64,000 nt of DNA from Patescibacteria group bacterium (GCA_004321885.1 SCQK01000014.1:75646-139645), one strand, 5' to 3'; counted from the first letter of the stretch, positions 35,929-46,487 are shown. The notes: a model not told the origin generated them from the sequence alone. Numbers and translations: made by a program.

Positions 35929-36552
35929 ATGCTTGGCCTGACAAAATCCGAACTGAAAATTTTAAAAAGACTCAACACGCCCATAAAAATTCAGAATTTT
36001 TTGGATACCTTTCCGATAAATTGGGAAAAGAAAGGCGAGACATACATGTCGCCCGGCCGGTCGCTTGGCGCGCGCAAGATACATTGTTTTGAGGGCGCGC
36101 TTTTGGCGGCCGCGGCTTTGTGGATAAACGGCGAACAGCCGTTGCTTTTAGACCTAAAAGCCAAAGGCGACTTTGACCATGTGGTGGCGCTGTACAAACG
36201 AAACGGCTATTGGGGGGCGATAAGCAAAACCAATCACGCCACTCTGCGTTGGCGCGACCCGGTGTATAAAACCCTGCGTGAGCTGGCCGTGTCGTATTTC
36301 CACGAATACTTTGACAACAAGTTTTACAAAAAACGCCTGGTCAGTTTTTCCCGGCCGTTTAACTTAAAAAAATACGGCGCCAAGTGGATGGCGGCCGAAG
36401 AAGACCTGCACGAGCTGGTGGATGCTTTGGACCACTGCCCGCACGAAAAAATCTGCCCGCCCAAAAACGCGAAATATATCCGCCGGGCGGACAAAATGGA
36501 GCGTCGCGCCGGCCGGCTGATTGAGTGGAAAAAATCTCATCCGCGTACTTGA
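35929..36552 (+). CDS. hypothetical protein
   Basis: 207 aa ORF. No confident motif; KIHCFEGALLAAAAL could be a cysteine-hydrolase-like site. Confidence 0.4.
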   Translation: MLGLTKSELKILKRLNTPIKIQNFLDTFPINWEKKGETYMSPGRSLGARKIHCFEGALLAAAALWINGEQPLLLDLKAKGDFDHVVALYKRNGYWGAISKTNHATLRWRDPVYKTLRELAVSYFHEYFDNKFYKKRLVSFSRPFNLKKYGAKWMAAEEDLHELVDALDHCPHEKICPPKNAKYIRRADKMERRAGRLIEWKKSHPRT

Positions 36553-36708
36553 CGTTAGTAGGCGCGTCTCCGATATGGGGCGCGCTGTTTGCGCGGAGTA
36601 AGATTTTTTGCTATAATGGAAATGAGCGAAAATAATAAATTGCTTGCAGTTTACTATTGAGCGAATGACATTATATGTGGCCGTAGGCCACCTATACTAA
36701 TTTCATTT

Positions 36709-37629
36709 ATGCAAGCCCAAAGCTATCTGTTAATCGTATTCGCCGGTATTATTATCGGTTTTTTGATATTTGACCTGGGTTTTCTAAATCGTCAAAGCCA
36801 CAAAATTGAATTCAAGCCCGCTTTACTTCAGTCCATTTTTTGGATCGCGGTCGCCCTTATTTTCGGGCTTTTGATTTTAAGATTCATGGACCAAACCCTG
36901 GCCGCGGAATTTTTCAGCGCCTATGTCACCGAAAAAATGCTGTCCGTGGACAATCTGTTCGTGATGATGCTCATATTCAGCTATTTCGGTCTGGAAGAAA
37001 AGTACCACCACAAGGCGCTGTTTTGGGGAATAATGGGAGCCATCATTTTTCGCGGCATTTTTATCAGCGCCGGCTCTTTCATCGTCGGCCAGTTTCATTG
37101 GGTGCTTTACATTTTTGGCGCGATTTTAATTTACACGGCCTTCAAAATTTTGAAAGACAAAAAAGAAGAGCATATTGATTTCAGCCGCAACAAAGTTATC
37201 AGGCTGGCGCGCAAATATCTGCCCTTCACCGCCAGCCATCACGGGGGCAAATTTTTCTTCAGAGAAAAAGGCAAATTTTTCTTCACCTCGCTGTTTTTGG
37301 TGGTACTGCTCGTGGAAGCCACCGACATAATTTTCGCCGTTGATTCCATTCCGGCCGTGTTCGCCATATCGCAAAATTTATTCATCGTGTTCACCTCCAA
37401 CATTTTCGCCATCATGGGTTTGCGCGCCCTTTTCTTCCTCATAGAAAACGTCTTGCACCAATTTCACCACCTGCAAAAGGGACTGTCCTTTATTTTATTT
37501 TTCATCGGCGCTAAAATGCTTTCCGGCATTTTCGGTCTGCACATCTCTTCGCTTATCTCTTTTGGCATAATCATGTTAGCCCTCGCTTTATCCATAATTC
37601 TCTCGGTTGTGTTCCCGAAAAAGATTTGA
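36709..37629 (+). CDS. terC: TerC family integral membrane protein
   Basis: MLSVDNLFVMMLIFSYFGL and VEATDIIFAVDSIPAVFAIS are the paired TerC motifs. Confidence 0.8.
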   Translation: MQAQSYLLIVFAGIIIGFLIFDLGFLNRQSHKIEFKPALLQSIFWIAVALIFGLLILRFMDQTLAAEFFSAYVTEKMLSVDNLFVMMLIFSYFGLEEKYHHKALFWGIMGAIIFRGIFISAGSFIVGQFHWVLYIFGAILIYTAFKILKDKKEEHIDFSRNKVIRLARKYLPFTASHHGGKFFFREKGKFFFTSLFLVVLLVEATDIIFAVDSIPAVFAISQNLFIVFTSNIFAIMGLRALFFLIENVLHQFHHLQKGLSFILFFIGAKMLSGIFGLHISSLISFGIIMLALALSIILSVVFPKKI

Positions 37630-37737
37630 CCGCCCCGGCTTGATTATTTCGCCCTTTTGTGGTATACTGTTGGCATACCTTAATAGAAATGTCGTCAATT
37701 TCTGTTCGGTATATTTTATTCACCAGAGAACATTTCT

Positions 37738-37938
37738 ATGAAAGGCACCATCAAGACCATCATTGCCGAGAAGAATTTTGGCTTTATCACGCCCGAAGAC
37801 GGCGCCAAAGACATCTTCTTTCACGCCACTTCTTTAAGCGGCGTTGAATTCAGCCAGTTAAAGACCGGCGATGCCGTAAACTTTGATGTGGAAGAATCGG
37901 AAAAAGGCCCGCGCGCGGCCAATGTCACGTTAGCTTAA
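37738..37938 (+). CDS. cspA: cold-shock protein
   Basis: MKGTIKTIIAEKNFGFITPEDGAKDIFFHATSL carries RNP1/RNP2-like motifs. A long 5' UTR follows a TGgTATACT promoter. Confidence 0.9.
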   Translation: MKGTIKTIIAEKNFGFITPEDGAKDIFFHATSLSGVEFSQLKTGDAVNFDVEESEKGPRAANVTLA

Positions 37939-37950
37939 CATCAAAAAAAA

Positions 37951-37990
37951 CAAACCCTGCGCCGACAAAGCGCGGGGTTTTGTTTTTTTG
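37951..37990. terminator. bidirectional intrinsic terminator AAACCCTGCGCC-loop-GCGCGGGGTTTTGTTTTTTT
   Basis: Read directly after csp. Confidence 0.7.
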
Positions 37991-38088
37991 AAAAATTGTG
38001 CTATACTATTTAGGGCCTGTCGCCGGATACGCTTTCGTGACGAAATGGTATTCGGCGACAGGCCCATTTATGAAGAAGAATCATTTGT

Positions 38089-38928
38089 ATGAAAAAAATC
38101 ATTGTCTCTTTGCTCGTGCTGGGAATCGCGGTTTTGGGTTTTGTGTTGTTCAGGGAATTTAGAAAAAATTTCGGGCGCGTGGCCGGGCCCGCGGGACAGA
38201 CCGGCGAAACCGCCGGGCCCGAGGCAGGGGCCTACAAAATTTCCGACGCCGCGCTTAAAGAAGACAGCGCGCGTTATGTTATCATCGCCAAGTATCCGCG
38301 CCTCTTGGGCTTGTCGCCTGCGGCCGACAAAAATTTCAATGACGCGATGTTGGCCTTAATCAATCAGAATGTCAGCGATTTTAAGAAAAATGTGGCCGAA
38401 ACGCCCGACACGCAGGTAAACAGCAGTCTGGAAACCAACTTTGACATCGTGGAAGAAAATGAAAATTTTGTCAGCATTCTTTTGATTGTTGATTCGTACG
38501 TGGCAGGCGCGGCTCATCCCGCGCGCCGTCTGGCCAGCTTTAATTTTGATTTGGAAAAAGGCGCGGTGTTTGGGCTCAAAGATGTTTTCAAATCCGGCGC
38601 GCCATATTTGGAACGGCTGTCGCAATTCGCGCGCGCCGAGCTTTTAGAGTCCAACAAACAGGAGCCGTTTACCGACGAAGCCACCATCAACGCCGGCACC
38701 GAGCCGAAAGAGGAAAACTTTCAGGTGATAAATTTTTCCGCGGCTGGCATTGCGATAGTTTTTAATGAATATCAGGTGGCGGCCTACGCGGCCGGGCCGC
38801 AAATGGTGGAGATTGATTACGAAAGCGTGAAGGATATTTTGAACGAAGAAGGCCCGCTGGCGCTGTTTTTAGCCAAGACCGAGGAGGAAGCGGAGCCGTC
38901 GCTGGATTCAGGGTCAAGCCCGGAATGA
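38089..38928 (+). CDS. hypothetical secreted/anchored protein (possibly DUF3298/DUF4163-like)
   Basis: An N-terminal TM helix followed by a roughly 250 aa domain. Confidence 0.35.
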   Translation: MKKIIVSLLVLGIAVLGFVLFREFRKNFGRVAGPAGQTGETAGPEAGAYKISDAALKEDSARYVIIAKYPRLLGLSPAADKNFNDAMLALINQNVSDFKKNVAETPDTQVNSSLETNFDIVEENENFVSILLIVDSYVAGAAHPARRLASFNFDLEKGAVFGLKDVFKSGAPYLERLSQFARAELLESNKQEPFTDEATINAGTEPKEENFQVINFSAAGIAIVFNEYQVAAYAAGPQMVEIDYESVKDILNEEGPLALFLAKTEEEAEPSLDSGSSPE

Positions 38929-38955
38929 CAATAAAAATATTTTTTAATAAATAAA

Positions 38956-38988
38956 CTGGATTTTCCCGACTTAGTCGGGGGAATGACA
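38956..38988. repeat. family-B element (inverted orientation) ctggattttcccgacttagtcgggggaatgaca, ending 5 nt before the ATG of the M4 peptidase gene
   Basis: Read directly. Confidence 0.7.
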
Positions 38989-38993
38989 AGTGT

Positions 38994-41870
38994 ATGCCTA
39001 AGAGAAAAAAGAGGGATAGACGCGTAAGGTACGCGTTTTTGGCGATAGTTTTGTGTTTGGCCGCGGGCGGTGCCGGCGCGGCCGTGTATTTAACATCAAA
39101 GGCCAGTTCGGCGAATTTTAGCGCGCAAATTTACGGCGCGGTTTCGCCGCGATTAAACGTTATAGACGTGGATTTTTTGCGCGACAATAATTTGAAGTTC
39201 ACGCAGGACAAAAAAACCAATTTCGTGCGCTCGCTTTCGGCCCTGGGCCAGCCCATTCCTTTAAGCAAAGGAAATTTGGTCAGCGACTTGGCGGTCAGCA
39301 ATCAATTTTTGAAAGACTACGCGCGCTTTTTCGGAGTGGGCGACAGCAAACAACTCATACTGCATTCGTCCAAGAAAGACGAGCTGGGGCTAAGTCACAT
39401 AAAATACCAGCAAAAAATCGGCGGGGTGCCGGTGTTTGGCGCACAGATGCTGGTGCACGTAAAAGAGGACCTGTCCGTCAATTCAGCGGCCGGCAAACTA
39501 TTGGCCAATGTTTCCATCAATACCAATCCCAAAATCACGGGGCGCGCGGCCGGCGACGCGGTGAAGCGTTCGTGGCAAAAGAGCGACAAGGCGCCCAAAG
39601 TTTCGGCGGGCAAGCTGTATATTTTCAACAAGAACCTTTTGGACGCTCGGTTTGAAAATAAAAATCATCTAACCTGGGAGATAAAGGCCGTGGACGCGGA
39701 TTCGGGCTTTTCCGAAACCTATTACATAGACGCAACCAGCGGAGCAATTTTGCAGAAAATTTCCAATGTCAAACAGATTAGCCGTCGGATTTTTAATTGC
39801 GGCAACAATCGCAACCGTACTACCTGCCGAAACATGCTGGGCGCCGCGGCCAGCCGGGCGCAAAACGACCGGGCCGAGGGCTGGGCCGCCGCGGGCGTGG
39901 CCGAGGTTGACAACGTCTATCAAATGATGAACCAGGCGCATAATTATTTTCAAAACACCTTTGGCATAGACGGCGCCAACGGCCGCGACGGCATTGGCGA
40001 CAACACCGACGGCCATCCGCGCACCTCCACCGACGTTTATGCTGATTGGCTTATCCCCGCCAGCTGGGGTTTTAATTGTCCCAATTCTTTCTTTTTCGAA
40101 AACAAGCTGATGTTCTGCAACAACACGGTCAATCTGCCGGTGGTGGGACACGAATACATGCACGGCGTGGCGCACTTCAACGGCCCGCCCCTCACTTACG
40201 CCTACGAGTCCGGCGCCATTGAAGAGGCCAATGCCGACATCTTTGGCCAGGCCCTGGAAAATGCCGTGACCGGCTCTTCCAGCTGGCGCATCGGCCCCAC
40301 TGGCGGAAATCTGTGGCGCAATATCGTCAATCCCGCTTCGCTCAATGACCCGGACCGGTTTTACAGCAACAATTTTTATTGCGGAGATAATGACGAGGGC
40401 GGGGTGCACAACAATTCCAATGTCATTTCACACGCCGCGTATTTGCTTGCCACCGGCGGCAGTTTCAACGGCTGTTCCATAGACAGCATCGGCCAAAACA
40501 GAATGGAAAGAATTTTCTACCGCGCCCTGACAGTTTACCTCACGGCCAGTTCGGATTTCAATGATTTGTACGACGCGCTGGACAATGCCTGCGGCGACCT
40601 GTATTCCGACGCGATTTGCGCGCAAGTGCGCCGCGCCTTGCAGGCCGCGGAAATAGACCAGCCCGGGCGATGCAGCGGCACAGCGGCCGCGCCCAAGCCA
40701 ACCTGTTTTCCGCCGTATATTCTTTCGGTGTCGGCGAATGCCGGGCATTATCGGGCCAATCAAAGTATTACATTGAGGTTTAAGTTTTCCAAGCCCGTGC
40801 GCACGGCCGGCGCCGTGGATGTGTTCGCGGTCTTAAACGGCCGCACGGCCGAAAAAATTTGCTCCCTTGATTTGAGCTCGCGCGCCGACGACGTGTCATG
40901 CTCGTTTAAGGTAAATGACGGCGACAGCGGCCGTCTGCGCGTGGACAGAATTGAGTGGGATGTCAAGAGGCCGATTTTGGACGCTGATTCAAGCGAGCTT
41001 ACCGATATGGTGCCGGCCGAGCAGTTTCCCAAGGGCGACGTGATTATAGACACCGCCAAGCCAACCGGAAGCGTTACCATCAATAGCGGGGCTAAAACCA
41101 CGGCCAGCCATATAGTGGAGCTGGCGCTAAGTTCAAACGACGACAAAGCCGGGTTGCTATACCGCGTTTCCAACAACGGCGTCAGTTACAGCCGTTGGGA
41201 TGATTTTGCGGCAACGACGTCGTGGAATTTGTACAACGCGGACGCGGGCGGCGGGGTGTTTCCCACCACCAACAGTGGATATCCGCGCACGGTTTATGTT
41301 CAGTTCAAAGACCAGGCCGGCAATGTTTCCGACACGTATTCGGCCAATATCACCTTTAGCCGGCTGACGATTTTAATAGAAGAGCCGGCGCAACTTGCGG
41401 TTCCAACTTCATCACAGCCGAATGGCGCGAATCTCCTACTCAATATTCCCCCCAGCGCCCTGACCATCCCCGGCGTCAATGTTACAGTTACGCAGACAAG
41501 CGCGGTGGTTCTGCCGCAGATTTCCACGACCACTGTCAATTTGAATCCGGCGATTTCTTCTTCGCTTATTGATGTTGTCAGTGTTCCGGATTTCACGATT
41601 TCCGTAAAGCAGGGCGGGCTGACAACATATTTGAGCGGCGCCATAAATTATTGGGGCAAGGGGGCAAAATGCGAGGGCCCGCGAACTTATGACGCGGTAG
41701 TAGCGAACTGGGGCGATGGCGCATCAGCCAAGCCCGCGCGCAAGGATAAAACATTCTATGCTTCGCATACTTACGCCAAGACCTTTGGCTCGTACAAGAT
41801 TTTGGTAAAGGTTTACAACAGTTGCGGTGGCAGCGCGAGCAAATCTTTGTACGTAAAGCCGCAGATATAA
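38994..41870 (+). CDS. secreted thermolysin-like (M4) zinc metallopeptidase with long C-terminal extension
   Basis: HEXXH in VVGHEYMHGVAHF, the downstream Glu in GAIEEANADIFG, and GGVHNNSNVISHAAYLLATGG (M4 C-terminal domain). 958 aa, and the C-terminal third is repetitive. Confidence 0.75.
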   Translation: MPKRKKRDRRVRYAFLAIVLCLAAGGAGAAVYLTSKASSANFSAQIYGAVSPRLNVIDVDFLRDNNLKFTQDKKTNFVRSLSALGQPIPLSKGNLVSDLAVSNQFLKDYARFFGVGDSKQLILHSSKKDELGLSHIKYQQKIGGVPVFGAQMLVHVKEDLSVNSAAGKLLANVSINTNPKITGRAAGDAVKRSWQKSDKAPKVSAGKLYIFNKNLLDARFENKNHLTWEIKAVDADSGFSETYYIDATSGAILQKISNVKQISRRIFNCGNNRNRTTCRNMLGAAASRAQNDRAEGWAAAGVAEVDNVYQMMNQAHNYFQNTFGIDGANGRDGIGDNTDGHPRTSTDVYADWLIPASWGFNCPNSFFFENKLMFCNNTVNLPVVGHEYMHGVAHFNGPPLTYAYESGAIEEANADIFGQALENAVTGSSSWRIGPTGGNLWRNIVNPASLNDPDRFYSNNFYCGDNDEGGVHNNSNVISHAAYLLATGGSFNGCSIDSIGQNRMERIFYRALTVYLTASSDFNDLYDALDNACGDLYSDAICAQVRRALQAAEIDQPGRCSGTAAAPKPTCFPPYILSVSANAGHYRANQSITLRFKFSKPVRTAGAVDVFAVLNGRTAEKICSLDLSSRADDVSCSFKVNDGDSGRLRVDRIEWDVKRPILDADSSELTDMVPAEQFPKGDVIIDTAKPTGSVTINSGAKTTASHIVELALSSNDDKAGLLYRVSNNGVSYSRWDDFAATTSWNLYNADAGGGVFPTTNSGYPRTVYVQFKDQAGNVSDTYSANITFSRLTILIEEPAQLAVPTSSQPNGANLLLNIPPSALTIPGVNVTVTQTSAVVLPQISTTTVNLNPAISSSLIDVVSVPDFTISVKQGGLTTYLSGAINYWGKGAKCEGPRTYDAVVANWGDGASAKPARKDKTFYASHTYAKTFGSYKILVKVYNSCGGSASKSLYVKPQI

Positions 41871-41981
41871 CGAGTAAAAAAACAAGGCCTTGGGATAATC
41901 CCCAAGGCCTTTTGGTTGTGCCTGCCCGTGGCAGGCAGGGGCCGCCCCGCGTGAAGAAGCGGGGCGGCCATGAGGCGCTGG

Positions 41982-42674
41982 TCAGGTACAACCCGGGATC
42001 GGGTTGTTTTTGCACCCGATGCTGGGAATGCACTCGTTGGTGGTGCAGGCATTCCCATCATCGCAGAAGTCCGGACAAGAGCCGCAACTTCCGGCGATAC
42101 TGGTCCAGGTGCAAAATCCGTTGACGCACCCGACTTGGGTACACCCCACGTAGTAGTTGACGCATGGGGTCGTCGGGAGCGAACAAGCGACCTTGGCGCA
42201 AGCGCCTGACACACAGTGCAGCCCCTTGTTACAGAAGCTGTTGTTGCCGCTACACTTGCCGCTGGGCAGGCAGTTGTAGCACCGCGCGCCCTCGGAGCCC
42301 TGGGCCGGCTGGACATCGGGCTTGACCACGATGCTGTCCGGCGGCGGTTTCTTGTCTGGCGCCGGCTTGTCCGGCAGTGGCTTAGTGTCGTGCGTCGGCT
42401 TGGTGTCTGGCGTGCCCTTGTCCGGGCCAAGGTCCGCGCCCAGCTCGCGGCCTGCTTCACGCTTCGGCGTGAACGCGTCAGCCGCCATGTCGGGCATGCC
42501 GCCCTCCACGCTGGCTGCGCTGTCTTGCCAGCTGTCAGCGACAGCGGCGTCAATGCCGCTGTCCAGCCGGTTCTTGTCGGCCTGGGCGTCCACCGACGCC
42601 GCCGGGTTGTAGCCAAAGAGCAGGTGGCACCCGCCGGCGCCCAGCGCCAGCATTGCGATGAAAAGAGCCTTCAT
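41982..42674 (-). CDS. cysteine-rich secreted protein / putative lipoprotein in a high-GC patch
   Basis: Signal peptide MKALFIAMLALGAGGC, a P/K/D-rich linker (DTKPTHDTKPLPDKPAPDKKPPPD) and a C-terminal domain with at least 20 Cys. Chosen over the overlapping R-rich ORFs on the other frames. Confidence 0.4.
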   Translation of the reverse strand: MKALFIAMLALGAGGCHLLFGYNPAASVDAQADKNRLDSGIDAAVADSWQDSAASVEGGMPDMAADAFTPKREAGRELGADLGPDKGTPDTKPTHDTKPLPDKPAPDKKPPPDSIVVKPDVQPAQGSEGARCYNCLPSGKCSGNNSFCNKGLHCVSGACAKVACSLPTTPCVNYYVGCTQVGCVNGFCTWTSIAGSCGSCPDFCDDGNACTTNECIPSIGCKNNPIPGCT

Positions 42675-42873
42675 GTTCTCTCCTTTTCTTGAAGCGCCCT
42701 ATCCATAAGGACGCTTGTTTGTTTTTGTCAAGTTTTGCCTATTTTGGCCAAAACTCGGGCGTATCATATCTTGCGCCTGGCCAAAAAACAAGCAGAACCT
42801 ATTATTTAATACACAAAAAGCGAGAGTTGTCAACCTTGCGCCAATATGGTAAATATGGTAAAATTGTTGGCGA

Positions 42874-42902
42874 TGGATTCCGGCTCGGGGGCCGGAATGA
42901 CA
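42874..42902. repeat. family-B element (inverted orientation) tggattccggctcgggggccggaatgaca overlapping the start of the PAP2 gene
   Basis: Read directly. The ATG at 42897 lies inside the GGAATGACA arm. Confidence 0.65.
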
Positions 42903-42911
42903 CGACTGGTT

Positions 42912-43448
42912 ATGTTTGAAAAAATTGTTCAGTTGGATAAATATCTAAATCAGGAGTTCGTCGGTTCCGGCGGAAAATTTTTGCAGGGATTGGGAATTTT
43001 TATTGATTCGGCTTCGGGCATGGTTGTTTTTGGCGTCATCGGCCTAATCGCGGCGCTGTATTTTTGCAAAACAAAAAAATGGCGCGAGCTGGCCTTGTTT
43101 TTCGCGGCCGGGGCCGGCGCGGTTTTTTGGGAATTATTTTTGAAATGGGTTTTTGGCCGGCCGCGCCCGGGCGCGCTGTCGCCGACCGATGGTTTTAGTT
43201 TCCCCAGCGGGCACGCGACTGTTTCCCTGGCTGTCTTTGGCGCTATAATATATTTGTTTGCTCCGCGCATAAAAAATAAAAATTGGCGCAAGATTTTTAT
43301 CGGCGCTTGCGCTCTGTTTATTCTTCTCATCGGCGTCAGCCGCGTGTATCTGGGGGTGCATTGGTTTAGCGATGTAGTGGCCGGCTTTGCTCTCGGTTTA
43401 GTTTGGCTTTGGCTGGTAATTTTTGGCTTCAAACGATTTTGGCGATAG
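42912..43448 (+). CDS. PAP2 family phosphatase (undecaprenyl-diphosphatase-like)
   Basis: KxxxxxxRP...PSGHAT...SRVYLGVHWFSDVVAG are the three PAP2 motifs. Alternative in-frame starts at 42897 or 42846. Confidence 0.7.
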   Translation: MFEKIVQLDKYLNQEFVGSGGKFLQGLGIFIDSASGMVVFGVIGLIAALYFCKTKKWRELALFFAAGAGAVFWELFLKWVFGRPRPGALSPTDGFSFPSGHATVSLAVFGAIIYLFAPRIKNKNWRKIFIGACALFILLIGVSRVYLGVHWFSDVVAGFALGLVWLWLVIFGFKRFWR

Positions 43449-43537
43449 TGATACCCCTCCCTTTAACCCTCCCCTTAATAAGGGGAGGGAGGGGTGGGGT
43501 TTGCTTTTTTAGGTTCGCGAGTATATTATAAAAATGT

Positions 43538-44647
43538 ATGGACGAGCAATTTTCCTACAAATTTTTTAATACCACCAGGACGGCCTGGGACGCGATGTAC
43601 GCCGCCATTTCCCGCGCCCAAAAATCCATTTATTGGGAGGTGTATATTTTTGTTGACGATGCTTCGGGCGCGCGCTTCGTGGATTTGCTTTGCGAAAAAG
43701 CCCGGGCCGGTCTGGACGTAAAAATCGTGGTGGACGCGCTGGGTAGCAAAGGGCTTTCCAACTCGGGCATCAAGCGCCTGAAATCCAGCGGCGCGAAAGT
43801 GCTGGCGTTTCACCGCCTGGCGCCGGATTTTAATTTGCGCGGCTGGTGGAACGATGTCTGGCGCCGCACCCACCGCAAGGTGCTTATCATAGACAGCGCC
43901 GAGGCGTTTATCGGCGGGGTGAACGTGGAGCACGGCTCGGCCGAATGGGACGACCTGCTCTTGGAGCTGTCCGGAGAAAAAATCATCCGGCCGCTGGCGC
44001 GCGGATTCGCCAAAAGTTATTTGCGTTCGGGCGGGGAGCGCAAAGACGTGCGCGAACTGCTGCACCCCAAAATCACGCGCGGCCTGGAAGAGTGGCGCGA
44101 GAAAATAAATTTTATTTTGCACTCGCCGGTAAAAGTAACGCGCCATTCGCCCCTGCAGAATTTTTACGCCAAGGCCCTGGGGGTGGCCAAAGAAAGTTTT
44201 AATTTGCTCACGCCCTACTACGCGCCGGACCGGAATTTTTTGGAGCTGGTGTCGCGCGCGCGCAAGCGGGGAGTGAAAGTAAATATCATTATGCCCTGGC
44301 GCACCGACGTGAAGCTGATGGAATATATGGCGCGCGCCCTGTATGGGGTTTCGGAAAAAGCCGGCGCCGCCTTTCATTTTTTGCGCAAAATGAATCACGG
44401 CAAGGCTGTTAGTGTTGACAGCGCCCTGGGCATGGTAGGCAGCGCCAATCTCACCCCGCGCAGTTTATTTATGAACCAGGAAGCGGGCGTGGTTTTTTCC
44501 GATGCCAAAATGGTGGACGAACTCAACCATATTTTGGACGACTGGAAAAGCCAGGCCGACCCGCTTTTGGAAGTGGGTTTCAAAAAGCGCGGCTGGGCCA
44601 AGCGGTTTAAGGATTGGTGGGTAAAAAGATTACGCGATTATGTCTAA
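43538..44647 (+). CDS. phospholipase D / cardiolipin synthase family protein
   Basis: Two HKD motifs: THRKVLIIDSAEAFIGGVN and NHGKAVSVDSALGMVGSANL. Confidence 0.75.
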   Translation: MDEQFSYKFFNTTRTAWDAMYAAISRAQKSIYWEVYIFVDDASGARFVDLLCEKARAGLDVKIVVDALGSKGLSNSGIKRLKSSGAKVLAFHRLAPDFNLRGWWNDVWRRTHRKVLIIDSAEAFIGGVNVEHGSAEWDDLLLELSGEKIIRPLARGFAKSYLRSGGERKDVRELLHPKITRGLEEWREKINFILHSPVKVTRHSPLQNFYAKALGVAKESFNLLTPYYAPDRNFLELVSRARKRGVKVNIIMPWRTDVKLMEYMARALYGVSEKAGAAFHFLRKMNHGKAVSVDSALGMVGSANLTPRSLFMNQEAGVVFSDAKMVDELNHILDDWKSQADPLLEVGFKKRGWAKRFKDWWVKRLRDYV

Positions 44648-45857
44648 CGCGCCTTTGGCCGACCGCCTGCGCCCGCGCGATTTTTCCGAATTCGCGGGAC
44701 AGTCGGAAATCGTCGGCCCGGACAAATTACTGCGCAAGCTGATAGAAAACGACGAGCTGTCGTCAATTATTTTTTGGGGCCCGCCGGGCACGGGCAAGAC
44801 CACGTTGGCGCGCATTATCGCCGGCGAAACCGCGGCGCGATTTGAAATGCTCTCGGCTGTGATGAGCGGCAAAGAGGAACTGCGCCGGATAATCGCCGAG
44901 GCGAAAAAATTGCTGGAGCAGGAAAAGCGCACCGTGCTGTTTGTGGATGAAATCCATCGTTGGAACAAGGCCCAGCAGGACGCGCTGCTGCCTTTCGTGG
45001 AAAACGGCACGATTATTTTAATCGGCGCCACGACCGAAAATCCGTCTTTTGAAATCATCGGCGCCCTCTTGTCGCGCTCGCGCGTTTTTATTTTGAAACA
45101 TTTAAGTCGAGGGGATATAATAAAGATAATTGAACGGGCTCTAACCGACGAAGACAGGGGATTGGGTAGATTAAAAATAAAAATGCCGGACGAGACGAAG
45201 GAATTACTGGCCGAGCTGTCGGGCGGCGATGCGCGCGTGGCCCTAAACGGTTTGGAGCTGGCGGCCAAGGCGATGGGGAATAAAAAATCCATTCTCGGCG
45301 AGGACATCAAAGAAGCCCTGCAACGCACGCATCTCATTTTTGACAAAAGGGGAGAGGAGTTTTACAATTTAATATCAGCCCTGCACAAATCCATGCGCGG
45401 GTCTGACGCCAACGCGGCGTTGTACTGGCTGGCGCGCATGCTGGAAGGCGGGGCCGATCCGCTCTACGTGGCGCGCCGGGTACTACGTTTTGCCAGCGAA
45501 GACATTGGCATGGCCAACAGCGAAGCCCTGGTGCAGGCCAATGCGGCCTATGACGCCTGCCACAAAATCGGCATGCCAGAGTGCGCGGTGCATCTGGCCC
45601 AGGCCGTTGTTTATTGCGCCAAGTCCACAAAATCAAATTTGCTCTATGTCGGTTACGGACGGGCGGCGTCTGACGCGCGCCAGACATCGCATTTGGGCGT
45701 GCCCCTGCACTTGCGCAACGCCCCCACTGATTTTATGAAAGATATCGGTTACGGCAAGGATTATAAATATTCCCCCGAATTCGACTATAAAGAAAAGCAG
45801 GAGTATATGCCGAAAGAATTAAAGGGGAGAAATTATTTAAAATTCAATTCCCAATGA
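44640..45857 (+). CDS. rarA: replication-associated recombination protein A (AAA+ ATPase)
   Basis: [37 protein letters not shown] and the C-terminal MgsA helical domain. Confidence 0.85.
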   Translation: MSNAPLADRLRPRDFSEFAGQSEIVGPDKLLRKLIENDELSSIIFWGPPGTGKTTLARIIAGETAARFEMLSAVMSGKEELRRIIAEAKKLLEQEKRTVLFVDEIHRWNKAQQDALLPFVENGTIILIGATTENPSFEIIGALLSRSRVFILKHLSRGDIIKIIERALTDEDRGLGRLKIKMPDETKELLAELSGGDARVALNGLELAAKAMGNKKSILGEDIKEALQRTHLIFDKRGEEFYNLISALHKSMRGSDANAALYWLARMLEGGADPLYVARRVLRFASEDIGMANSEALVQANAAYDACHKIGMPECAVHLAQAVVYCAKSTKSNLLYVGYGRAASDARQTSHLGVPLHLRNAPTDFMKDIGYGKDYKYSPEFDYKEKQEYMPKELKGRNYLKFNSQ

Positions 45858-45935
45858 CCAATGTCCAATCAATTTCCAAGTTTCAATGTTCAAAACGGAC
45901 ATTGGAAATTGTGATTTGGAAATTTAAAAAATTTT

Positions 45936-46487
45936 ATGTCAATAAAATTTTTATTACATGCCTGCTGCGCGCCGTGCAGTATCGCGGTGATAGATGAGCT
46001 GAAATCAAAGTTCGTTTTGACCGTGTTTTTTTACAATCCCAACATCCATCCGGAAGAAGAATACAAAAAAAGAAAAGCCGAATTGGTGAAAGTTTGTAAA
46101 GAATGGGGCGTGCCGATGGTGGACATGGATTACGACGCAGACCGGTGGCACAAGATCGTGGGTGAAGGCCTGTCTGCCGAGGGCGAGGGCGGCACGCGCT
46201 GTTTCTTGTGTTTCAAATTTCGTTTAGCCAAGGTGGCCGATTATGCCGCCAAAAACTGTTTTCAGTATTTCGGCACCTCGCTTTCCAGCGGCCGCAATAA
46301 AAACGCCGAGGTAATAAACGACGTTGGCCGGTCTTTCGCGGCGCATTATAAAATAAAATACTACGCCGCTGATTGGAAAAAAGGCGGACGGCAGGAAAAG
46401 GCGCGCCAGATGGCGGCCGAGCGGGGGATTTACCGCCAGGATTATTGCGGCTGTGTTTATTCTTTTCGCGACAAGCGCGAGGAATAG
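45936..46487 (+). CDS. queH: epoxyqueuosine reductase QueH (DUF208)
   Basis: LLHACCAPCS...CFLC cysteine motifs characteristic of QueH. Confidence 0.75.
   Translation: MSIKFLLHACCAPCSIAVIDELKSKFVLTVFFYNPNIHPEEEYKKRKAELVKVCKEWGVPMVDMDYDADRWHKIVGEGLSAEGEGGTRCFLCFKFRLAKVADYAAKNCFQYFGTSLSSGRNKNAEVINDVGRSFAAHYKIKYYAADWKKGGRQEKARQMAAERGIYRQDYCGCVYSFRDKREE

Noticed and set aside
36553-36708. yybP-ykoY (Mn) riboswitch upstream of terC
   Set aside because: TerC genes are a common host of this riboswitch and the leader is about 100 nt, but I could not recognise the conserved core by eye. It is left as unverified; an Rfam scan would decide.
41813-42692. Alternative long ORFs (267 aa minus, 158 aa plus, 96 aa plus)
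   Set aside because: The arginine/alanine-rich products are typical of out-of-frame reading of high-GC DNA. Only the 41982-42674 minus frame has a signal peptide and a coherent domain.
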